A stretch of DNA of 64,000 bases, from the NCBI GenBank assembly GCA_022813865.1, contig JALDZX010000025.1, positions 62,001-126,000 on the forward strand. The letters are read 5' to 3'. Position numbers and translations under genes: made by a program. Below the pieces are notes generated by a model. The model did not search any database. It saw only the letters and a list, made by a program, of their open reading frames with translations, and was not told where the DNA came from. This DNA comes from Xylographa opegraphella (Eukaryota). How positions within the stretch are numbered: the stretch's first letter is position 1; each line of letters starts with the position of its first letter. Positions 25,635-39,119 of this stretch are shown here, one piece after another.

Positions 25635-26738
25635 ATGGAGAGTCAATCCGCTATGCAGGATAATGTGGAGCAGCAAGGTGAGAAGATCACGTTGCATTGG
25701 TATGGAGCAATTATTCTACTGGCTTCTGTATACTCGTTTTGCGCAAGTCCGTATCTGCTCAGTCTGTGTCTTTGTTATCCTTGCAACTTTCAATTCAGAT
25801 CTATACCAACGATCCGGGGGATGAGCTTACTCAATCGTTGGTAACGCGTAAATGGTTGAGAAGTGGCGGAATCTTCGGATGTGTGCTAGCATGATATTTT
25901 TTTGCACAGCCAACGGAAACAGCGTACAAATGCTCGAAATGAAGACTTGTTGATCAGATAATAGGCTTAATAAGTCGCGCTCACAGCGAATCCTATGGCT
26001 CCTCGAAGAGTGCAAGCTCAAGTATGAACTCAAGATATACTACAGACAGCCTTCTGGGCTCGCTCCGCCTGAGCTAAAGAAGATCCATCCGTTAGGCAAA
26101 TCGCCCGTCATCAGTATTGAAGCTGACGGATTGACGAAGCCACTCGTACTCGCAGAATCAGGTGTAATCGTTGAGTATCTCATAGACCATTATGCACCGC
26201 ACCTGGCCCCGAAGAAATGGCAAGCGGGAATGGATGGAAAAGTTGGTGGGGAGACCGAAGAGTGGCTACGCTATAGGTACTTGATACACTATGCCGAAGG
26301 GACTCTCATGCCATTCCTAGTTATCGCACTGCTGATGGGCAGTATGCCGCACTCCTGTCCGTTGCGCGAGACCAGCTGAAAGAACTTACAGACATTCGCT
26401 CAAAGGCACCGTTCTTGATACGCCCCATCTCTAATGCTATCGTTAACAACATCGACTCCTTGTTCCTCACCCCGAACTTCAAAAGCAATTGGGACTTTCT
26501 GGAAGGTCAGCTTGCGACGTCACCAAATGACGGCAAATATCTCTGCGGCAAGTATATCACGGGAGCCGATATACTCATGAGCTTTCCGCTCGGTGCGGCC
26601 AAAGGTCGAGCCGGAGTCACCAAGGAGAAATACCCACTACTCTGGGCTTATGTTGAACGATTGGAGGCTGGTGACTCCTTCAAGCGAGCAGTGCAGAAGA
26701 TCATTGATATCGAGGGTTCCTATGATCCTACGCTCTAG
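25635..26738 (+). CDS. Glutathione S-transferase (Gtt1-like)
   Basis: KITLHW|LNKSRSQRILWLLEE, APPELKKIHPLGKSPV, LAESGVIVEYL, HYAEGTLMP, YLCGKYITGADILMSFPL; intron 25700-25964 plus a short second intron near 26342-26390. Confidence 0.92.
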
Positions 26739-27622
26739 TAGGAGGTGCTGTGGAAACTGCCGTCGGTTGATCAGATTTCTCATACCACTACTGTTTCTAT
26801 TGTCAAGCCGTGGACCGAACGTAAGCCATTATTCGGCGACGGTTCACTTCCTAGGCTACGGTTTGTTACTGAAGCTACCATAAGTCACTGCAATTGATGA
26901 TGTAAGGCGGTCAGCCAAAAGTTCTAGTGCTGATAGCTGAAGCTCATGAGACAATATAACCAGTACCATTGGCCGGAACGCCCTCTTTCAGACATCCAGC
27001 ACACACCCGAAGACGTTTCTTCTCTGGTGGTGGAAGGGCGAATACCTCGGGCAAGAAAGTGCGGCTGAAGATTGGCGTGATACGCGTTGCTGGCAACATG
27101 CTCCTGTAATGAATTGCGCCCAACGTACCAGTACGGCGTAGTAGTAACAGTCGTCGCCGCCACCACGTGCTTATAACATGCAAGAACTCTCCAGGTGCGG
27201 CAAGTCAATATTTCCTGCGATGACGTTCCTCGTGGTTCTGCTCTGTACCGCGGCGATTACATGAGTCTTGACGCATGCCATCACACTAGGCTCTGGCTTA
27301 GGATATGGAACATTCCCTTCCATCTGTGCAGCCATTTCAACGAAACAAGAATTAAGACTCGTTTTTTTCCCCCAGAAGACCACCTTCATTGCGGCCATCT
27401 CTCTTCCTTTACAGAGCTTGGCAATACGAACGCGGTAAAGCCCGAGGCCATCTACCGTGCTAACTCGAAAGGCATCTCTTTTTCTCCGCTTGCCGCCATC
27501 AGCACTAAAAGGCAACTCCCGCACGACAGCCAGGTACCGCTTCGGAAGCCGTAATTGCTTTCCACGCTGTTGGCTTTTGGGGGTTCGTGGATGACCAAGA
27601 AGGCAAAGTGCGGCAGGGGCAC

Positions 27623-30089
27623 ATGCCGCCAATCACCGCGGCGGAGAATAGCGGAGGAATACGACGGGACCTGGACAACAATGATGGACCCCCAACTATC
27701 GCGATTTTGACCCCCACCGCTGCGCAGCCACGACCAGTGCGTTACACAGATGTTGAGTACGGCAGTGCAGAATTGTGGCCTGATTCTTTCTCTGGCCTGT
27801 CTGCACACGATACAGGATACAATCCTGCAGACGTCTACCAAGCCCAACATTGGCACGATACGTTCAATCAAGCATCTTCGAACTCTACGGCTCTACACAA
27901 CGCTTGGAGTGCTGGGAGCAGTCTTGCAGATGTCGAATGTTTGAGCTACAGCCCGGTTGGTCAAGCTGAAGCCCGGCAGAGTGCTCGACAAGACTTCGAC
28001 ATACCAATTTCTACCTCCGCATTTTCAGAGATCAATGAGGTCGCAACAAGAACTCCTCGGATGGGCTTTGTTCCAAAGCCATTAGAGGTGAAGACAATAT
28101 CTGAACGCGCGAACCAAACACGGGAGACATCGGAGCAGCTCTCAGATAAAGCTACTGCAGGCTCCTTCGTTCCGGCGGGCAAAACCGTGAAGAAGCAGAG
28201 CTTACACTTCTCCAAGATGCCGCCAGCTACACAGTCAGGGGTAAGGAGGTCTGACGATGGAGACTCGCATAATGGTACTCGCAAAGCGTCGCGCGATTCA
28301 GCACGAACAGACCGAGACAAACATGAAGTTGACACAGCGTCCGTACCATTTCGTGCAGACAGCGGCAACAATGGAGGCACGCAGAGGAGGATATTGAGGA
28401 AAAATCAGGTGGATGCCTTCGAAGACTTTTCCGGCTTGCCGACCGAGAAAGGCTTTCCAATTCAGGTATTGATCTTGCCTCCACTCATGTCATTGGCGTC
28501 TTACAAACATTAATGCGGCACAGATTGGTAGCGAGCTTTTCCGTTTATCAGGTGCCTCAATCATGAGTGATGGTCAGTCTGGGTCACGCATTTTCTTCCA
28601 ATGCACAGCTCGCTGAGAGTTCTAGAGCACCCTCCTATTTTTCCAACTTTTTCGAGGACCAACTACGCCAGAACGATGACGGGTCAGGTGCCGTGAGGAC
28701 ACTGTACATAGATCGAGATCCAGCCACGTTCCAAGACATTGCCCGCCATCTACAAGGTGCGAAGTCTGGTCGCATTGACACAGACATATTCGCTAAGCAT
28801 GGCGCAGGCTACCATGTACAGCCGCGGGACGGAGAGCACTTTGTTAGATTATTTGCTGACGCACAATTTTACAGCCGTGAGCGCGATTTGTGGATACGAT
28901 GTGGCCTTCCTGCTGACGGCGCTTAGTGCCACAATTAATGAAGCAATTATTCGACTCAGACATATTCATCCAAATAGGAGAGCAAAACTTCCAGATCCCG
29001 CGGACCCTATTTTCTTCCCCGGGTGACTCACCGAACTTCTTTTCTTTAGGCTTTGGCGCATTCTTCAATTCCCCAGAAGAAGTCTTTCCGGGCCTCGAGC
29101 GCTCAGGCCTTCTTCGACCCCCATCTATAACACCCCCAAGCGTCCCAAACCGCTCTGCCCGTACCTTCTCCGAACTACTGCATCTCCTCAGAGGCTATCC
29201 ACTTCATATTCGAAACAATGATCACCGTGCCGAATTGCTCCGTGACTGCCGCTACTTTCACCTTCGTGGTCTGGAACAGAAGCTCATCATGCATCACATC
29301 AGCTACAATGCCGAGCGGCAGAAGTCCGAAATCATTATCCGCCTTGAAGATATCCGCCAGTCGGGTATCTCCTTCGTCGGTGACACCTCACCTTCGGACC
29401 GCTCTCCGCTCTGCGGCTGGGTCAACTACATGCGGCCCTTTGTCGACGAGAGTAGCCACGAGCTTATCGTCGAGGTTGGCGACGAGAGCCTCAAAATCGA
29501 CTTTCGTAGCATGCGCGGCGATTTCTTCGGCAATGCCAAGGCCCGTATCACCAGTCTCTTCCAGGTCGTCGCTAACAAGATGAACCTACCTACGAATGTT
29601 CCACTGGGGCTGATGCTTCCCCTTGGTGGCGTTGCTGGCCAGCCCGTAAGCCCTGGCAACACTCCCTTGAGCGAAGACAAAGTTAAGGTCTGTATCGAGC
29701 ACGATGCGCACATCCTCCTTGACGGGGACGAGTACTCGCTTGACCGAGGTGCGTTCGATTACGATACCTACATCCAGGAAGCTCGCTCTTTGGATGGTGA
29801 ACCCACGATTACCATACCCTTATCTGCAGGGCCCCAGTCCTCGCCGCTGTGGCCTATCGGTCGGCCATCAAGCACGAAGCCTCCACCTCGCAAGCGGAAG
29901 CGGCGGGGCAGCCTGGACGAGTTTGGCGAGTGGATCATCATCAAAGGGCAGTGGCGGTTGCGGGTGCAGCCGCGGCTGGAGCAGAACGACCACGAGGAGC
30001 CGCGAATGGAGATTGTGCTGCATGCGGTGAAGCTGGATGCGGTGAGTGGGCAGCAGGGACGGAATACGCTCAGGGGCTTTCTGAGTTGA
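27623..30089 (+). CDS. Tandem BTB/POZ (K-channel tetramerisation-like) domain protein, YLR108C/YDR132C-like
   Basis: FPIQ|IGSELFRLSGASIMSD|APSYF, LYIDRDPATFQDIARHLQG, LFADAQFY; second BTB with GDSPNFFSLGF and LLRDCRYFHLRGLEQKL. The start of the low-complexity N-terminus is uncertain. Confidence 0.85.
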
Positions 30090-32188
30090 GCGGTAAGGGG
30101 GGGTGGTGGTTTCGAGGAGACAAGGAAGTTGAATCGCAAGTCGCAATTGGAAGTAGGAGGCTGGGGTTTGTATACTGTATCGCGGGCTTGCTGTACTGAG
30201 GAGCGATAAAATGCGCTGATTTTATCTTTCTGATGAGTCTGTACTGAGGATAATGATTTACTTCCATCTAATCAATCATTCAATCAATGGACGGGTCAAG
30301 GCTGCTGCGCACTTTGGCCGCTGGGGAATCGGGAAGTCTTATGTATTCTGAGAACAGTGTCATGAACTCAAAGCTGTAAGATTGTTTTGTCCCTGTTACA
30401 GCTCCGGTCGAAGCGCATACTCGGGACGTCACGACTGACGCGTGTGCCGGGGCCTGCACCATTCGCTGGGAGCGGGAAGCTGTAAGCACGGATCAGGCTC
30501 GGCACCTATCCTACCGCGACTGGTGCAGCCTATCCTACTTCGTAGCTGAGTATCACCAAGACCACTGAAGCTTTCTCCTCTGCCACGGATATACCATCTG
30601 TTCGCAGAGGATACAGCTTGAATAGGGTGTTTGGAAGCATATCACGGACCCCAGCAATCGACGGCTCAGGTTCTCTGGTCCCTAAGCTCGTTCGGAAGCA
30701 CGTACCTTGACGACTTGACAACACCCAATCACTTTGATACCTGCTTAGGCACCAGTGGGATATTGCGCACATGGTCTTTTAAAAGCTTTAGGTGGCGGTT
30801 TCTTCCAATATCGGTCGTGATTCTTCGGCTATGGGTGCGAAGCGTGCAAAGGACGTCTCACTCAGATGAGGCTGATTGAAAGTCTCCTGTTCTGTCGATT
30901 TACTCGTATTTCCATATATTATTGAATTTTGTCGCTAGATGAAGTGCTTGATGGCAGGGATTTTCGTCGTGTGCCTATGACTGCCGCAGATATATATCCC
31001 AGATCGCGATTTTTGTATATCTATCTGATTTTGGTTTACGATTCAGTCAAAGAGTGGCTGTACATTACAGCAGCTCACTGAACTTTATTCTCCGCGTCTG
31101 CATTTCAATGATTCTCAATACGTATATCGTATCACAAACCTCTAGTAGTCGTTGGCAATGTACATGAAGCGTGCCAACCAATATCAACACGCGCCACAGT
31201 ATGCAGATTTAATGAAACGGTCGAATACAGGTCAACGAATCGTGAGACAGCAGTTGAAGTGGGACGCTCAACGACGGAAGCCCAGGTATAGGTTCCGCGA
31301 TGATGCCTTACAACCTCTCTGCTATCTTACCGAAAGAGACAACTGTACCGCTTAAGAAATGCCCTCGGTCGACTGATACTGATATTGCTCCCATGGCCGT
31401 CCCACCTACACGACCCCGAGGCAACCGACGAGGGAAATCCGAAGCGGAAATATCCCCGCAATTCTTTCATCGTCTACGAAAGCAAAACGGGTATCCTGAA
31501 AGAGTGGTCCGCGAACACGGCAGCGGCGGTGAAGAGCGGAAGTGGATGGCTCTCCTCGCCGAGTGTGGACGCAACGGCTAGCTCAGTACGGAGCGGCACA
31601 AGTCAATTGGCTTGGATTTTCATCAGGCATGTGACTTTCTCCTGGTACGGCGCTGGGGCTCGACGATTCCTGCCTTTATGTGACCCGGGATAATGCGGCT
31701 ATCAAGCCGAGTCCGTCGGATAACGGACGAATGCCTAGGCTGTGGGCTCTATACGCCGCAAGTTCCGAAGCCGATGAGGGGGATTGGACGACGGCTTGAA
31801 TACATGCTTGGCTACATACTTGGCCATGGTGGGCAGGAAAGACCGTTGAGCGCGTAAGGATGGTCGAGGACCCGTGGTTGCGCATGGTACTCTCACTTGG
31901 ATAAGCTGTGGTAATCGTAAAGCCGTATCGTAATAGCGGCGGCGACAAACCTGCCCGGCAAGAGAAAACAGTTTCGAACAGAGTTTCACGTATTTAATCA
32001 GTTGCGTGCAATGTGGGGGACGCCAGTAGTATACCCCGAAGTGCACTTCAAGTCCACCATCATTGGCTAAATAACGCTAGTGCCCATGTCTTTAATCGTC
32101 CAATTCCCGAACCACACAGAACGATGTAGTACCCAGCCCGGAGTCCGCTCCCACGGCGTCCGCGCAACACCTGTCTGACTCCAATACC

Positions 32189-33547
32189 CTAGAACACATT
32201 TGCTGCGACCCGCATCTGACCTTGCTCCACATCCGGCTCCGTCGTGATACTGATGATCGTCATCTCTCGGATCCCATTGTCCTGCTCGGCAATCATGGTT
32301 TGCTCGCTGCTGATCCGTTGGTCCTGGTCACCGCTGGAGTGATGCACCAACTTCTCGGAGATGGAATGCATGGAGCGTCGTGTCAGCGTGAAGAGGTTTC
32401 CGAGCAGGGGCCGGGTTGCGGGGACGGTGGCGATTATAAGGCCGAGTTTGAGTTCGAGGCTTGAGGACGTGTCAGCGGTGTGCTAGTGAGAGGTAAATTA
32501 CGGTATGGAATTGGAACTTACACCGACCACATGGCGGGGATAGCGACAGTCCCTAAAGGGTCTTGTTAGGGGTGAGGGTTGCGGTGTTGAAGAATCGATT
32601 CTTACATGAATAGTCGTCGCCAAATAGTCCCTGAAGGGTGATGGCTTTCGCAAGGGAACAGGCGGCGGCTCTGAGCCGTTAGTCACGATACATGGGGATT
32701 GCGGGTGCACTTACACGACGCCCAATCCCATCAATACACCAATAGCAATCTTGGTTTGAAGGCTGATTCTGAGGTGTTGAATTACGAATATCGGTACGAC
32801 GGCGGATATCAGGTCTGTTAGCGCGTCAAGACCTATAGGTGTGTAAGTACAGCTCTAGGTTTTTCGCAGATGAACATACCGATAGCTGCATACGCTACAT
32901 TATAGGTCACTGCCAGACCGTAACAATTCCCTGAGACACTCGGGTCCCAGACCGCAGTGAGCGGTATGCACTGCAGAACAAGCATGAAGAAGACGGCAAT
33001 GTGACAAGCTATGATGAAGCCGATGAGGACCCAAAGACACTGTCGTAGACGTCGCATGATGTGGTTGATCATCCTTATCATGTATAGGCATATAGAGACT
33101 TTAACGAACCCGAGCGAGATCATTTCAAGGATCTGTGCTATCGTGCTCCATTTTATGGTGTCGTAGGCTTGCTCCTCGGTCAGACAGACAATATGCCTGC
33201 CCATTCCAGAACGAGCCATCATGGTATAGGTGAATTCGGAGAATACGCTTATGATCTATTGTATTCAGATTCAGCATTTGGACTTGAATTTGGGGACTTC
33301 CTGTTCATACTCACCCATGCTACAAGTAATGTGTGGTCGTCTTCATTTTCATCAGCTTAGAAACCTAGCTTCGGTTGAACGACTCACCCCATCCAAGAGT
33401 GTGCTTAGTAAACTTGACATACAGACGCAATCCAAGGATGACAGTAGCGACCGCCATCAATGACCAGACCAGCTCCAATGGTGCGGGCCCATTGTGTTGC
33501 GAGCAGATCTCTTCCAGCAATGCTGCAGGTAGAGTAGGGCCTGACAT
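32189..33547 (-). CDS. PTH11-like (fungal rhodopsin-domain) 7TM integral membrane protein, no CFEM
   Basis: Seven exons splice in frame: LRLYVK..LGWDD, GMGRHI, VKVSICL, QCIPLTAVWD, DALTDL...PI, LMGLGV, W..LELKLGLIIATVPATRPL. Confidence 0.88.
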
Positions 33548-36060
33548 GAGACGGTGGACGCTGGAAGCTGAGGTAGAGTATTGAGTTGCTGCTCAACAAC
33601 GACGGATGCGCTTGTTGATATTGAAATCAATTTAAAGCGAATAAATTGTCCAGACGAGACTATGTTACAGGTATGCCCACCGCCGTGCCTCGAAACGGAA
33701 CCGCAAACGACTCTACACCATGAAGACGGTCACTGCAGTGTGACTGCATGATCTCTGGCACCAGTAATCGTGCCTGCGGCACATAGATCCAGCGATTCAG
33801 AGGATGGAGACCTATGGTCAGATACGTAGTGACATAAAATGAAGATGCAGATTGAAAATGAACAAAGAAAGATCCAATTGAGAGGAAAACGGTAGCCACC
33901 TGCCAAGTCGGGTATGGTTGATGAAGATCTAAGCTCGATGTAGTTTCGCAAAGCATCTTGTTCAATTGCAGTCTTTCGAGGCGTTAAAGTGCAGTATCAA
34001 AGTACACAAGCATTAGGTAGGTCGCAACGGCACGACTGAAGCCACCATGCATACGGGTGCCGTAAATGTAGACAAGCCGTTCGGGTAATCCTGCGTTGGC
34101 CGTCACACCATAAGCTCGGAACCTCGAGTCATGGCAGCCCTCCACGTTCCTTGTCTGGGGCGAAGATAGGGTGAAACGATGGCTTCATGCATGAGATTAG
34201 GCCGATACGATGGCGATCAGCACAAGCTCTTTGTAATTTGAGCGTACTGGTAGGTATGTTCATATAAGGCGTAAGAGTGCCCGCATACGATGGTAAGCCA
34301 AATCAAAGAACCCAAACAGCAATCACTTGCGAATTCATATTTGACATGAGAGATAAACGGGACGTATAGCATTGTCATCACGACTGCGGACCTTGTTAGT
34401 AAGTAAGGTAGATGACTTGGTGGTGAGCGTCACTGGGCCGATATCAACGATCGACAGCGACAAGGCTAGGGGGTGAGGACCAGTCTCGACCGAGTTAGTC
34501 CAGTCTCCACGTAATGTGTAATACTATCGTCGACGGCGGGCGCTACGATTAGGACCCGTGGCACATAGCTTTGATTGCCTCAGCCTTGTATGGCAATTCG
34601 TGTGTGGTCCAGTGCATTGACCAGCGTAAGAACTAGGTAAGTATGGCGCCGCTTGCCCTCGGCAAGCGTGTTACGTGGACACATCTGAAATGAAGCCGTG
34701 TTGCTCCTTCTTGAAGTGTGGGCATTTTAGCGAGCCGTTGAGCCAAGAGGCCGCCGTATTGTACACCAAGGACGGGACGGGAAGAATGACAAGCATCTGC
34801 TTTAAAGAACGGCCCAGTGCGGAGTGCAGAGACGGGAATTCGAAGAACTATCCTATTGGATGCAAAGGATGATCTAACAGGACAGTGCCCCAGAGGTGCT
34901 GTAATAGTCAGGCTAATCTTGATCTCAACGAAAGCCCTCCTTGCCCGAAATGGGAGTGATAATATGGCCAGCCTCGTGCTTTCGCATTGCATGTGTCTAC
35001 TCTCAGCCCGACAACGGGAGACGTGGTCCAGATGCCAGCGGCAGTTATGGTGTGATCAGCCACCGAGGAGGGCGGGTCCATCTCTGTGGAGCAGATAATC
35101 AATCCAATAGGTGTGCAACCCTATTTATCCGCACGATCTTCCGTTAGAGGTAGAGCTAGCCTTCATGATGTCGCTGCTGAGCCTCAATCGTCCACGGTAC
35201 ATCTCTTACCCAGTGGCAGGTCCCTTAGTGAAGGCCAATTCCAGTAGCCCTGCAGGATGAGAGTATCTGAATGGTTTCTCGCAGCTCGAGAGGGTGTGGC
35301 GGCAATCTAGTGCAGCCAATAATAGAGCACTTTGTAAGCACGGGCTATCCAGTGTGCGGTTTTGGTTTCACGCTGGCATTTGTCATGCTACTTATCACTC
35401 GCTCCGTTTGGATGACGGACATATGGGTTGGGTAACCACCCCGTAGGATGCACCAGCTGCCCAAACACAACGCATCTCTAGACTTCGCCCGCCACGAAAC
35501 ACGCTTTCAAATGTCATACAGGGAATCAAATACTGAACGTGTACGGTAGTAGAAACCGGCTGAGCTCGAACCCTCCGTCACCGATATCAGCTTGAAGACC
35601 CTCAGGCACAATAGTACAGGAGAGAGTATTCCGAATATGCCCTGACAGAGAACGCTGTTATGCAAACAGCAACGGAGTACAAATCAAACAACAACGCTGA
35701 TTGGTACGAAGGATATATCTAAGGCATCGCACGGTCCTTGATGAAGTTGATTCAATCTGGTGCAATCTCCGATTGAAGATTCTACCAATCGACCTCGAGG
35801 TTCGTGTTTACAAGAGATTCAAGGTCTTCCGCGCAACAAGAAAGTGACTGTGTGCCCTGCCAAGCCTTGACCTAATCGATAAGACTAGCGCCATCTTCTC
35901 GCTCCTTTCGTCCTGCGCTATTCATCACGTCATTTTTGCTGTTTCATGCTGCAATTGTGGCCCACATCGCGAATTTCGACTTTGCCATGTCGGCTGGCCG
36001 ACAGTGACATGGCATTCTGGAAGTCCGGATCATGATAAGATAACGCTCCCTCGATCTCCA

Positions 36061-37680
36061 ATGGCTCTCCTGCCTCCTCCTACTACTGTTGACTCGGTAA
36101 TTATAGGAAATGGTCCCTCGGCCTTGATACTTTCCTATATCCTTCACGGCTACATCCCGTACTACAATGCTTCCAATCCTCACCCCGATCCAATTCTCCA
36201 CGGTAAGCTTGTTCGGTCGCCGTGCTTGCTGGACATAGATGTGCCCAGCCTCACCGAGCATTTCCAAGCATCCCGACTGTCTTACTCAACGCAAGCGCTT
36301 CCAATCAACGTACTTCTCGACACTTTGATCCGTCCTTTGGCAGACACCGAACCGGGAGCTTTTAGAACCTGTGTTGAGTGGCGCTATGAGCCCGAAAGAG
36401 CAGTGGAGCATGTTGTGCTCGGTAATACTGCAAACGCTGGTGGGCAGTGGGCAGACAATCCGGTTGCGGCAAGCTGGGATATCGGAACTTTGAGCTATGC
36501 GGAAATGCTTTCGCTGCCTGGCTATAGTCTCCCTGACCACTATAGGGCTTCAGGTCGAGCGCAACCGGCAGAGTTCTACAGACCGACTCGAAGGGAGATT
36601 GCCACTTATCTAGCCGTCTACCCGGAAGCTGTCGGTATTAGTGACTCACTCAGCTTCAGGTCGGAAGCGAAAGGCATCACAAGGACAGAAAATGGTTTTC
36701 TCATCGCATCTCACAATCTGCACTGTAAACATCTAATCTTAGCTTCTGGTATATTCTCTCATCTGCTGCCCGCAAGGCCACAGCTCGAACCGCTACTCCG
36801 ACTTCCCGATCACTCCACAGAGTGTACACCTCCTCTACTTGTCGTTGGATCGGGGTTCACCGCGGCGGATATCATCATATCAGCGCTGCCAAATCGGAGA
36901 ATAATCCACATATATAAATGGAATCCTGACGACCATCCTTCACCATTGAGAGCTTGCCATGCCGATGCCTATCCTGATTATGCCGGTGTCTACCGACGCA
37001 TGAAGCTTTCAGCGATGAAATATTTCGGTCAAGACTGTATATTCTCGCCATTAAGGAAGAGAAAGTCAAACCCTTTCTTCCACTCCCGAGATTGGGACCA
37101 GTCGTACGAAGGTCTCCCGAATACCTATATCAAAGACATTTCCGTTCGTGGCGATTATGCCAGCGTTACACTTCAAGGCGCTGATGGTCGAGTCTTTGAG
37201 CGAGAGATCGCAAATCTGGAGTATGTGATTGGTCGACGGGGTTCACTAGAATATTTAGACATAAACCTCCAGAATGAGGTGCTTAGTGCTGGTCTGCCAA
37301 CAAGCGATAAAGCGGGAACGATCTCCGGCCAATCACTTCGATTCAAGGTTGAGAGGGATCTTCAAGTTGCTCCAAACGTATTCGTCATTGGAAGCTTGAC
37401 TGGTGACTCCTTGGTTCGCTTTGCTTTTGGAGGCTGTGTCTTTGCTGCGCAGAAGATATTGCTGGGGAGATTGACTGGCACGCTGTCGCCAGAGTCGATG
37501 CGGATGAGCCATTCAAGCGACGCCTTGGATGATCAAACCAACAGGTATCGACTGACAAACGGCCACACCGATCTCGGGATCAGTCGCAAGGCTCGATCGG
37601 CGTCAAAGGACATTGAGCTCCTCAAGTCAGACATATGGAGAAACTCGGGATGGTGGTCGGGGACCTGCCCAGCGCTGTGA
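36061..37680 (+). CDS. FAD-dependent oxidoreductase, OSGIN1/2-like, intronless
   Basis: VIIGNGPSALILSYILHGYIPYY..HPDPILH, LLDTLIRPLAD, GGQW, second Rossmann motif VVGSGFTAAD, GSLTGDSLVRFAFGG. Confidence 0.8.
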   Translation: MALLPPPTTVDSVIIGNGPSALILSYILHGYIPYYNASNPHPDPILHGKLVRSPCLLDIDVPSLTEHFQASRLSYSTQALPINVLLDTLIRPLADTEPGAFRTCVEWRYEPERAVEHVVLGNTANAGGQWADNPVAASWDIGTLSYAEMLSLPGYSLPDHYRASGRAQPAEFYRPTRREIATYLAVYPEAVGISDSLSFRSEAKGITRTENGFLIASHNLHCKHLILASGIFSHLLPARPQLEPLLRLPDHSTECTPPLLVVGSGFTAADIIISALPNRRIIHIYKWNPDDHPSPLRACHADAYPDYAGVYRRMKLSAMKYFGQDCIFSPLRKRKSNPFFHSRDWDQSYEGLPNTYIKDISVRGDYASVTLQGADGRVFEREIANLEYVIGRRGSLEYLDINLQNEVLSAGLPTSDKAGTISGQSLRFKVERDLQVAPNVFVIGSLTGDSLVRFAFGGCVFAAQKILLGRLTGTLSPESMRMSHSSDALDDQTNRYRLTNGHTDLGISRKARSASKDIELLKSDIWRNSGWWSGTCPAL

Positions 37681-37962
37681 CTCGCATGTTTCCGCAATTC
37701 CGCATCTTTCGCATATCGACTGTCCTTTCGTCTGTTGGAAACGATCACTAATAGATAATACCCCTACCTAGAACTCCGCATCTGTCTACACGAATAGCAG
37801 AATAAGCGCCATAGCATATGGAAATTAGCAAGTGTTTTGTAAATCATCTCCATGAAGGGTTACTCCTGGCCCAATGTAACTTTGAGGGATATCGGGCACG
37901 ATACTGGCCGTTATTGGCTTTGATTCCTGCCTCCACTCGCCGCCCACTTGCCAACACGATCA

Positions 37963-39119
37963 TCACCCCATAAGCTGTAGTTGGTCGTCGGGCGGCCACC
38001 TCGTCTGCGCAAAGCTCAGGCAGCGCTTGATGCTCTGCAAGAACTTCCTCGTAACCTCGTCGCTCATGATATGCGCCGCGCCCTTGTCGCTCTCGTGCAG
38101 CTTCTCGCGCGCCGACCGCTCGTGAATGCCCACCATCGTGACTCCAATCGGCCACGCCCTACAGCAACCGACGGTCAGCTCGACACCCCAGCAGAGCCGA
38201 AAGCAGGGGATCCCACTCACGCCTTCCCGATACTCAGCCTCAAGTAGCCGTCGTTGGCATCCACATACCGCCGCTCCTGACAGCTGCGCACAATCTCCAC
38301 CACCGGCTCCAGGATGCCCTCCTCCAGCTCGCCCTTCTCGAAGCGCCGGAACAGCGGCCGCATGTTCTCGCGCGACTGCTCCATCGCCCCGTACGCCTGC
38401 CGGCCCTGGAAACTCTCCTTCACGGCCGCCGGCCGCTTCGCCAGCGCGACCGCCCACTCCGTCAGCACCATCGTGAAGTAGCTCGCCAGCTGCCGGAACA
38501 GGAACGCCCGCTCCGGCGTCCCCGCCGGGGGCGGCTTCAGCGGTACTTTCATCTCCGCCTCCGGCACCAGCACTAGCGTCGTCGGGATCGGCCCCGTCGT
38601 CATCACCGGCTTCGGCGTCACGAGCACATAGTACCGCCGCAGACGCTGCGCATGCGTCTCCGCGAACAACACCGCCGGCTCCCCCAGCGCACGCAGCTTC
38701 GCCAGCAGTTCCGCATCCTCAATGTCCGCTTCCCCACTCTTCAGCCCCGCCGCCGCCGCCGCCGTCGCTGCGGCGTCATCCATCTCCTCCTTCGACGGTA
38801 GGTCAGGCAGCCCGAGCCGTTTGCGGCGCGCGCGTTCCTTGCGATCCTCCTCTTCCTCGCGCCGTGCTTTGGACTCCATGGCCAGACGGCGCTTTTTCTC
38901 CTCGCGCAGGGCCGAGCGCGCGGCTTCTTCCTCTTCGCGTTGACGCTTCTGCGAGAGTTTGAGGGCTTTGGCGTCAGCGAGCGCGCGTTGCTCGGCGAGG
39001 TAGGCTTCTTGGCGGGCGGATTCGACGGTGGAGCGCTTGACGTATTTGGAGGAGGAGGAAGAGGGCGAGGGGGGGCGTGCGGCGGCGATTTGGGCGGATA
39101 TGAGGGAGGCGAAGTCCAT
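37963..39119 (-). CDS. PRP18: Pre-mRNA splicing factor 18
   Basis: LRALGEPAVLFAE (PRP4-like motif), RRYVDANDGYLRLSIGKA|AWPIGVTMVGIHERSAREKL, HIMSDEVTRKFLQSIKRCLSFAQ; one intron near 38161-38220. Confidence 0.95.

Noticed and set aside
25814..25835. GAGCTTACT resembling RNase MRP CR-V, and possible snoRNA boxes in the GST intron
   Set aside because: No matching CR-I to form P4, no CTGA D box, and no well-placed H box.
31385..31693. PKRKYPRNSFIVY resembling an HMG-box start
   Set aside because: Downstream HMG helices and conserved aromatic residues are not evident; no clear gene model.
33660..35940. Short ORFs in the gap between the PTH11-like and OSGIN-like genes
   Set aside because: No recognisable protein or transposon motif; a decayed gene cannot be supported by eye.
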